Positions 58,501-64,000 of a stretch of 64,000 nt of DNA are shown here, one piece after another. Both the position numbers and the translations under genes were made by a program. The number at the start of each line of letters is the position of its first letter. Positions within the stretch are counted from its first letter, which is position 1. The notes under the pieces were generated by a model. It was not told where the DNA came from and searched no databases. It saw nothing but the letters and a program-made list of their open reading frames with translations. Origin of the DNA: Lentisphaeria bacterium (GTDB lineage Bacteria > Verrucomicrobiota > Lentisphaeria > JABSQK01 > JAWLHB01); NCBI GenBank assembly GCA_041690595.1, contig JAWLHB010000008.1, positions 124,001 through 188,000 on the forward strand, in the 5' to 3' direction.

Positions 58501-60318
58501 AAAGACGCTGCCGTCCTTGCGACGGTGGCGCGTTTCGAAGACCTCCGCCCCATTGCGCATGATGCGTTCCATGCGTGCCGAGGTTTCTTGTGGCTTCTCC
58601 AGTGCATCCACGTCCCTGATGCGCAAGCCAAGGAGCTCGTGCCTTTCATATCTGGTCATCCTGCAAAGCACGTCATTGACTTCCAGGATGCGGCCATTCC
58701 TATCGACAATCCAGAATCCGTCAGCGGCAGTTTGCAGAATCTGTTGCTGATAGGCCTGGCTTTCGCGCAGTTCCTCCTCTGCCTGCTTGACGAACGATAT
58801 GTCGATGTGGGTTCCGAACAGGAAAAGGGCCTTACCCTCGTCGTCGCGGGTCATGACACGGCCTCTGGCGAGGATCCAGACCCAATGCCCGGCTTTGTGC
58901 TTCATGCGAAGTTCGCAGCTATAGTCGGGGGATCTGCCTTCAACACAATCCGTCAGTACTTCGGTTGCTCGCGCCAAGTCATCCGCATGAGTCAGTCGCT
59001 CCCAGGTCGCGTAGTCGTAAGGCGTCAACTCCTCAAGTGTATAGCCGAGCATGGCGGCCCATTGCTCGTTGAAGACGGTGCTATTGGTCTGGGCATTCCA
59101 CTCCCAAGTGCCGACGGCCGATCCGTCGATTACGAGGCTCAGTCGCTGCTCGTGCTGCTCCCGCGCACGAGTCTCAGCGATGGTGTGCAGGGCAAAGGCC
59201 AAGTCATCCGCCAGCGCGTTGAAGAGGTCCTGTGCCTCGGCGTTTCGACTGTAGGCGATCGGGGCGGATACCTTCAGAATACCATAGGTCACATCCTCAA
59301 AGGCCAGGCGGCATGCAAGGCCGGCACGCTGCTTGGTTGAGCAGGGCAGAGGGCAGTCGGGACACTGTGCCGCAGGAGCATCCACCAACTGGACGCCATC
59401 GGCTTCGAGCGCGCGGCTCACGCAAGCAGGAAAATCTCCTCGCTCCAGACGCTCGCGCAACATGCGGAATTGACCGTCGAAGCCAGCGGCTGCGGTGGCC
59501 ACCGGCCCGACATCGGGCAGCCCCAGCCGCCGCCCCACTTCACCACCCAACAGGACGCCCCACGCGATATGGCAGCCCATGGTCGCGGTCAAGTTAGAAC
59601 AGGCGCCTTCAATCAATCGTTGCGGGTCATGCTCCGTCAGAATGAGCTTGTTGACGTTGCGGATGCCCAACAGGATGCGATTGCTGTGGTCCAGCCTTTC
59701 ATTGGATGCAGCCAGCTCGGTATTGCGGCTTTCGATTTCGACTCGCGCTACTTGCAAGTCGGAGATATCGCTGACGATGACCAGCAGCTCGTGCGGGGTG
59801 GAGTCCTTGGTACCCCCTCCGCACTGAACAGCGCGGGCCTGGGCTTCGATGCGGGCGTAAAACGGACATTCGCCATGTCGCTTGATGCGTACCTCGATCT
59901 GCTTGCTGGCAGGATTGCGGAAGAAGGCGCGGTACCGCGCACGGAAAATGCACGCATCGTCCTCCACCAGCATGTCGGCAAAGGCTTTGCCGCGGAAATC
60001 ATCGACTTGCCTCCGCAGCATCGCTCCCCAAGTGGCATTGCTCTGGCGGATAGTGCCTGCGTCGTCCAGTACCACGTACCCCACAGGCGCGTGCTCGTAC
60101 AGCCACGCGAACCGATCGCTTGCTTCCTGCAACACGTTTTGTGTGTTGCGCAGCTCCTGGTTCTGCAACTCAAGCTCCGCTTGATGCACAGCCAGTTCGC
60201 GGACCAGGGTATTGACGTCTCGGAGGTCATCGAGCTGAAGAGACTCAGGTGCTATGTCAAGCAAGTCTTCGACTCGTCTGCGCAGAGCGTCCGTGGTGTT
60301 CGGCTTGTCGTGATTCAT
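55510..60318 (-). CDS. Cytoplasmic hybrid sensor histidine kinase: PAS, GAF, four further PAS, PocR, PAS, HisKA, HATPase, REC
   Basis: GGAGG RBS; repeated PAS/PAC ('DITERKQAEE'); PocR 'WQEVCTKYHR...NCHESD...YKCKNNMW...GNLFLGQF'; H-box 'LAGGVAHDFNNML'; 'NARDA'; 'FEPFFTTK..GEGTGLGL'; REC 'LVITDVIMP...ISGY...FLQKPF'. Confidence 0.93.
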   Translation of the reverse strand: MNHDKPNTTDALRRRVEDLLDIAPESLQLDDLRDVNTLVRELAVHQAELELQNQELRNTQNVLQEASDRFAWLYEHAPVGYVVLDDAGTIRQSNATWGAMLRRQVDDFRGKAFADMLVEDDACIFRARYRAFFRNPASKQIEVRIKRHGECPFYARIEAQARAVQCGGGTKDSTPHELLVIVSDISDLQVARVEIESRNTELAASNERLDHSNRILLGIRNVNKLILTEHDPQRLIEGACSNLTATMGCHIAWGVLLGGEVGRRLGLPDVGPVATAAAGFDGQFRMLRERLERGDFPACVSRALEADGVQLVDAPAAQCPDCPLPCSTKQRAGLACRLAFEDVTYGILKVSAPIAYSRNAEAQDLFNALADDLAFALHTIAETRAREQHEQRLSLVIDGSAVGTWEWNAQTNSTVFNEQWAAMLGYTLEELTPYDYATWERLTHADDLARATEVLTDCVEGRSPDYSCELRMKHKAGHWVWILARGRVMTRDDEGKALFLFGTHIDISFVKQAEEELRESQAYQQQILQTAADGFWIVDRNGRILEVNDVLCRMTRYERHELLGLRIRDVDALEKPQETSARMERIMRNGAEVFETRHRRKDGSVFPVEMSTSYLNLRGGQFICFCRDLTLRKQAEEATREATIRLREAIRAGNVGLWDWNLVTNEVHFSSEWKAQIGYEEHEITDDIDEWKERVHPDDLTPALALMEKAIDEKTQQYQVEFRLRHRDGSYRCILSQCSVLRDENGRAVRVLGSHVDLTEQKAREKQLILLGQMLDKAPACISIHDTDGRFVFANAENVALHGYDSLEEFMDVNLHELDVPECEVLLAERFRRIAEEGEARFEVAHYRKNSSTFPLEVLAKQIEWEGRPAILSIAADITERKQAEEALKTSERQVRAKLDALLDPDGDLEALELVDVINWDDIQILMNNFHALTDIGVGIVDLEGKVLVGIGWQEVCTKYHRCHPESARNCHESDTFLASGVEPGTFRAYKCKNNMWDMVTPIMIGGRHLGNLFLGQFFYDDEEPNVDLFLEQARRYGFDEEAYLAAYRSIPRWSRETTNQVMTFYCNLIGVISRLSYAQIKLARASESLRQSEQRFRSFVENANDIVYALTPEGCFTYVSPNWLELMGEPAEQAIGQPIELYVHPDDSHLCRAFLEKTLMTGVKQSSVEYRVRHQDGTWRWHVSKGSPVRDSSGTVTGYVGIDRDMTESKQAEEERERLSDQLAQAQKMESIGRLAGGVAHDFNNMLTVIKGQAEILLKVFSRDPKVRQRLEHIEQAANASANLTRQLLAFARKEKIKPAILDLNEAIGQTLKMLRRLIGENIELLWQLDPALHKVMIDPSQVDQLLANLCVNARDAIRGTGTILLETSNQVEPASTPGVETASLVRLRVSDDGCGMSPETIEYIFEPFFTTKEVGEGTGLGLATVFGIVTQNGGRINVDSVPGQGTTFDILLPACETPAPALEAVTPKTHAIPRGHEAILVVEDERAILLMLTDMLQSLGYHVFSAASPDEALNIAGSFGDQLQLVITDVIMPRMNGKELSERLRDKFPHHKVIFISGYTADVIGEHGVLDDGLHFLQKPFSLLTVARMIRQVLDQPPEQ

Positions 60319-60390
60319 GCGTTGACCTCCTGAAGCGAGCCGTAGAGTCTCCGTACCGCACTTGTCTCATCATGGCGCAGCCAGGCAAGC

Positions 60391-60479
60391 AATGGCAGGT
60401 TCCCGGGGCGATTCCACGTTCCACTCCAAGGCCACAGCTGCAGCTGCAACCAGTTGGCACACGGAAGCCACCTGCCATT
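60391..60479. other. Long-range inverted repeat / stem-loop in the leader of the hybrid kinase
   Basis: AATGGCAGGT (60391-60400) and ACCTGCCATT (60470-60479) are perfect complements, extendable inward by TCCCG/CGGAA after a bulge. Confidence 0.5.
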
Positions 60480-60747
60480 TTCAGTGATTTTCACATCAAG
60501 CCTGTCAAATAATGCAATCATTTTTATAGTTATCAAGGCAAAGTAAAGTATTTGCAGGCACGCAATCATCATGCCGGGGCCACGCGTTCAGAGTGAAGCC
60601 ACGTCGTCGACACCTGGCGAAGCCCAGGAAGAGGTACACCAGAGCTTTCAGATGAAGGTTGCGGCGCCGATCGTACGTCCAAAAACTTGGCACAAGATTG
60701 GCGCAAGAGCGGGGGGGCGCTCCAGGGAAACGGTGGCGCGGCCGCTT

Positions 60748-61680
60748 TCAGGCTTCTGCCAGCTCGCGGCAGCAATCCCAGAAGACCGTCACGTTGTCCA
60801 CCGGCGCGCCGGTGAGCACTTGGTCGGGAGCTGCGATCCAGCCGCCGCCCGGCGCCCAGATGTCGAAGGCGTGGCGGACTTCCCGCCGGATGTCAGCCAC
60901 GGTGCCGGTGTGCACAATGCGCGAGTCGATGCCGCCCAGAACGGCCATCTTTCCATGCACCATCTTCTTGACCCGCTGCCGGTCGTTGGCAGTCACCTGC
61001 ACCGGGTTGAGGATGTCCACACCAATGGCGATCAGGTCGGGGATGATCGTCTCGACGGCGCCACAGGAATGGAAGTCGATCCGTACACCACGCTGCCTGA
61101 CTTCGTCGAAGCAGGCTTCGTAGGCGGGCAACAGGAAACGCCTGAACATCGCGGGCGAGAGCATCAGATTCTGCTGGGTGCCGAGATCCTCGCTGACGTG
61201 GATGATCTCGACGCCAAGGTCGAGCAACCGGCGGAAACAAACCCGGTTGTAGGCGACGATGCCGTCGATGAGCCGCTGCAGCCGTTCGGGATCTTCGTAC
61301 ATGGCAATCATGAACTGGTCCATGCCCATGAGGCAACAGAGGCGTTCGCAGACGAACTTGATGTGGCAGCCGCCAATCAGGATATCCCGCTGCCTGAGCT
61401 CGTCGAGGTGGCGCTGGTCATCCGCCGTCCAGGTCAGCGCCCATGGATCAGGGAAGGTGTAGGAATCGAGGGCAGTGATATCGGCCAGGGGATGGCCGAC
61501 ATCGGTCGGCACCATGCCCGGCAGTTCCGCTTGCCAGACCGTGCCCCAGTGATCGGTCCAGGAGTCGTAGGTGAAGTTTCCGCCGAGCTGCACGGCCTCC
61601 CAGACGGTGCCGTCGAAGACCGGCGTACAGGTGGGCGCTTCATAACGAATGGCGGCCAATGTGTTGGAGCGTGTATTCAT
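60748..61680 (-). CDS. URO-D / MtaA-CmuA superfamily protein (URO-D-3)
   Basis: 'DHWGTVW', 'YTFPDP', 'SEDLGTQQNLMLSP', 'FHSCG', 'LNPVQ', 'LGGID', 'GGGWIAAP'. ATGA overlap with the upstream gene. Confidence 0.9.
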   Translation of the reverse strand: MNTRSNTLAAIRYEAPTCTPVFDGTVWEAVQLGGNFTYDSWTDHWGTVWQAELPGMVPTDVGHPLADITALDSYTFPDPWALTWTADDQRHLDELRQRDILIGGCHIKFVCERLCCLMGMDQFMIAMYEDPERLQRLIDGIVAYNRVCFRRLLDLGVEIIHVSEDLGTQQNLMLSPAMFRRFLLPAYEACFDEVRQRGVRIDFHSCGAVETIIPDLIAIGVDILNPVQVTANDRQRVKKMVHGKMAVLGGIDSRIVHTGTVADIRREVRHAFDIWAPGGGWIAAPDQVLTGAPVDNVTVFWDCCRELAEA

Positions 61681-62855
61681 GCCAGACCTTCTTTGAGTGC
61701 CTTGAGATAGCCGAGACCGTGCCTCTGGTCGGGGAGCAGATAGCAGCCCTCTGTCCATTCGTTCCAGGCGTTGATCAGGAGCATGCGGTTACCGCCACCA
61801 CTGCGCTCGATGCTGTCGCGACAGATCCGCACCACATCGCCGAATTTCCGCGGTGTGTTGCCGGTGACAATCGGTTCGTAATGGTGGGTGCGGAAATCTA
61901 ACGGCAGCGTGGCACCTCGGTGCCAGCGTGGCGTGTTGTCAAACCCTACGGTGGCGACAGGGTGGAACGGCAGACCGCGATCTTCACAGAGACCGAAGAG
62001 CTGCTTGTGGCTGGCAATGACATCGTCATAGGGCACCACCGGCCATTCGTCGGTCAGCCGCGGAAAGGCCTCGGTGCGGGCCACATTGTAGCCGTAGATG
62101 GAGTCGATCCCAACAGCCTTCAGGCGCGGAATCAGGCCGGGCCACCAGCAATGAACCGTCTCGTCATTCTCATAGTTGGCCACATTCATCATGATGTGGA
62201 GCCCCTTCGGCGTCGCGTCGCGCATCGCTTTCAGACCGCCGGCTATATCGGTATCACTGCCGAGCTGATCCTGCAACGGTTGCCAATGCCAGAAAGCAAA
62301 AACCGGGCTACCATCGACGTGCAGGTAATTGGGCTCGTTGAAGTAATGCTCGCAGCCATACCTGGCGACCGCCACGAGATCGTCCTGCGAATGCCTGATC
62401 TCCAGCAACGGTTTGTCGAATGCCAGCGCCTGGCCCTCGCTGGAGGTTTGACCGATTGCCCGCCCCCGGAATATTTCGCGGGCCGCGGGCCAGACACCCC
62501 AGGTGTGGTTGGCCCACATGATGAAGAACTTCATGCGGTGGCGGTTTCGTGCCTTGAGAAAGCCGTCTTCCAGGGCGCGATGCAGGAATTTCTTCCCGCC
62601 GTACCAGTACCAGTCGAAGAGGAAGCAGGTGATGCCGTGATCGGCGGCCAGGTCGATCTGCCGTTCCATCCAGGCAGGATCCGACTCGTCGAACGCGCCC
62701 CAGGCACACTGCTTGGGTTGCTCGTGCCCGTCGAAGAGCGGCCCGGCCTGCTCGAGCAGACGCCATTCACTGAACCCCGGGCCATACCACTGTTCGTAAA
62801 AGGCATCCGGGTGCCAGCTCGGGAAGTAGACGGCAGCGACTTCCATCTTACTCAC
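61677..62855 (-). CDS. WbsX-family / GH99-like domain protein
   Basis: 'YFPSWH', 'WGAFDE', 'QIDLAADHGI', 'FDWYW', 'MWANH', 'GFDNTPR', 'INAWNEWTEG'. Confidence 0.88.
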   Translation of the reverse strand: MSKMEVAAVYFPSWHPDAFYEQWYGPGFSEWRLLEQAGPLFDGHEQPKQCAWGAFDESDPAWMERQIDLAADHGITCFLFDWYWYGGKKFLHRALEDGFLKARNRHRMKFFIMWANHTWGVWPAAREIFRGRAIGQTSSEGQALAFDKPLLEIRHSQDDLVAVARYGCEHYFNEPNYLHVDGSPVFAFWHWQPLQDQLGSDTDIAGGLKAMRDATPKGLHIMMNVANYENDETVHCWWPGLIPRLKAVGIDSIYGYNVARTEAFPRLTDEWPVVPYDDVIASHKQLFGLCEDRGLPFHPVATVGFDNTPRWHRGATLPLDFRTHHYEPIVTGNTPRKFGDVVRICRDSIERSGGGNRMLLINAWNEWTEGCYLLPDQRHGLGYLKALKEGLA

Positions 62856-62912
62856 TCCTCTCTGTCCGTTCGAGACGTATTGTCCTGTTATCGGGCAGGG
62901 TGTTAGAATTGC

Positions 62913-64000
62913 TCATTGATTCTCCCGGGGAGCGCACCAGGCCAGCGCCATCTCGGCGAAATAGGAGCCGCTGCCGATGACCCAGTGCAGGCAGCCGCTA
63001 TGGTCGTCGAACACCTTGGCGGCGGCGCCGTGTTCAGCCGGGTACATGTCCTCGGCCCAGTAGCCTTGGCCGAACGGGCCTTGAGACGTCAGCCGTGCCA
63101 TTCCCTCCAGCCATTCAGTGACCCACGCGGGGCGGCGGCCGGCCCGCAGCAGGCCCATGACGAACTGCGGCGGCCAGGCGACGAAGCAGCCGCTCCAGCC
63201 ATGATCGGCGCGCATGCCGTCAGCGATGCCCACCCCGCGCGGCGACAGGCAGTGAGCCCACGTCGGGGTGGCAAGCTCGCGCCGGACAAACGCCTCGATT
63301 CCGTCGACCATGTCGGGGGGTAGCTCTTCGCCAATGTGGTTGAGGACCATACCTACATCATATAGATTCGGTTGGCCATGGTGCTTTCCGTCGGGGTGCC
63401 GACAATCGAAATATCCTTCATCTGGCCGATAAAGCGAGAGAACTGCCTCGATGAGTTGCCGGCGTTCCTCGTTGACCGGCTCATCCAGAAACGCTTCAGC
63501 TTCGTTCAACGCCCAAGCCTGGACGGCGGTGTGGCCGGCCGTGCCGTGGGCATAGGTGGTCAGCACTTCGTGATAGGCGTGGCGACTGCCGTAATCGACC
63601 AGGGACGAGTCCGGCAAATGCTTTCGACGATGGACCGTGACCATCTCCAAAAAAGCCTCGCGTGCCGTCAAGGTTCGAAACAGGGTCTCCTCCTCCGGTT
63701 TTTCCGGTCGGCTACCAGCCGGCTTGCCTTCGGGCCGCCGCTGCACCACGGCATCCAGCCAGCTTCGGTCCGCATGATGCTGCAACAGGTTCAGTGATGC
63801 GGTGATGACGGCGTGCGGGTAAGCGCAACACCCCCAGCCCCAGTGCTTGCCGTTGAAGTAGTTGGTCATCTGGCCCTGCAGCTCGGGTGCCGACATCTGG
63901 AGCATAAGCATTTCCCTCAGTACCAGCGGATCCAGGCGGGCCAACAAGCCACTGGTATAGGGTAGTTCCCACGACAGATAGACCGAACCCTCGCCCCGGC
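62913..64000 (-). CDS. Hypothetical protein, 5'-partial, possibly (alpha/alpha)6 glycosidase-like
   Basis: The frame stays open to the window end (RGEGSVYLSWELPYTSGLLARLDP...). Trp/Tyr/His-rich helical motifs 'LVDYG', 'RADHG', 'QGPFGQ'. Confidence 0.65.
   Translation of the reverse strand, partial: RGEGSVYLSWELPYTSGLLARLDPLVLREMLMLQMSAPELQGQMTNYFNGKHWGWGCCAYPHAVITASLNLLQHHADRSWLDAVVQRRPEGKPAGSRPEKPEEETLFRTLTAREAFLEMVTVHRRKHLPDSSLVDYGSRHAYHEVLTTYAHGTAGHTAVQAWALNEAEAFLDEPVNEERRQLIEAVLSLYRPDEGYFDCRHPDGKHHGQPNLYDVGMVLNHIGEELPPDMVDGIEAFVRRELATPTWAHCLSPRGVGIADGMRADHGWSGCFVAWPPQFVMGLLRAGRRPAWVTEWLEGMARLTSQGPFGQGYWAEDMYPAEHGAAAKVFDDHSGCLHWVIGSGSYFAEMALAWCAPRENQ

Noticed and set aside
60688..60702. 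Sigma54-like TGGCAC-N7-GC motif on the plus strand
   Set aside because: It points into the 3' end of a convergent gene with no downstream CDS, and the -12 element is imperfect.
1..64000. CRISPR arrays, tRNA/rRNA genes, IS elements
   Set aside because: No regularly spaced repeats, cloverleaf/rRNA signatures or transposase motifs were found by eye; tRNAscan-SE, Infernal and ISEScan would confirm.

Overview
High-GC (roughly 60-65% by eye) bacterial window, most likely from a PVC-superphylum organism (Lentisphaerae/Kiritimatiellae/Verrucomicrobia-like). This is inferred from two prepilin-type H-X9-DG proteins, a secreted LRR protein, several URO-D paralogues and LacI proteins with atypical hinges. 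I see no rRNA, tRNA, CRISPR array, transposase, integrase or reverse transcriptase. Layout: (1) 1-3.5 kb, a DUF6493-like helical protein and a SWIM zinc-finger protein. (2) 3.5-7.9 kb, two glycan-enzyme-like genes bracketed by two ~92%-identical copies of an 81-aa membrane-protein gene. (3) 8-15.8 kb, an orphan histidine kinase, a secreted hypothetical protein, an LRR protein, a GH-like TIM barrel and a GntR regulator. (4) 15.9-24.5 kb (minus), an Opp/Dpp-type ABC operon with a substrate-binding/permease fusion and an embedded 2-hydroxyacid dehydrogenase. (5) 24.8-55.4 kb (plus), a SusC/D-free glycan-utilisation locus built from two repeats of LacI -> prepilin-like protein -> giant modular heparinase II/III-like protein, plus URO-D proteins, GH116, an atypical GH32, a GH117/GH43-like enzyme, a sulfatase and SGNH esterases. 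(6) 55.5-64 kb (minus), a PAS/GAF/PocR hybrid kinase, a URO-D protein, a WbsX/GH99-like protein and a partial glycosidase-like gene. The best candidate for an undescribed system is region 5. All family calls come from motif recognition by eye, with no database searches.
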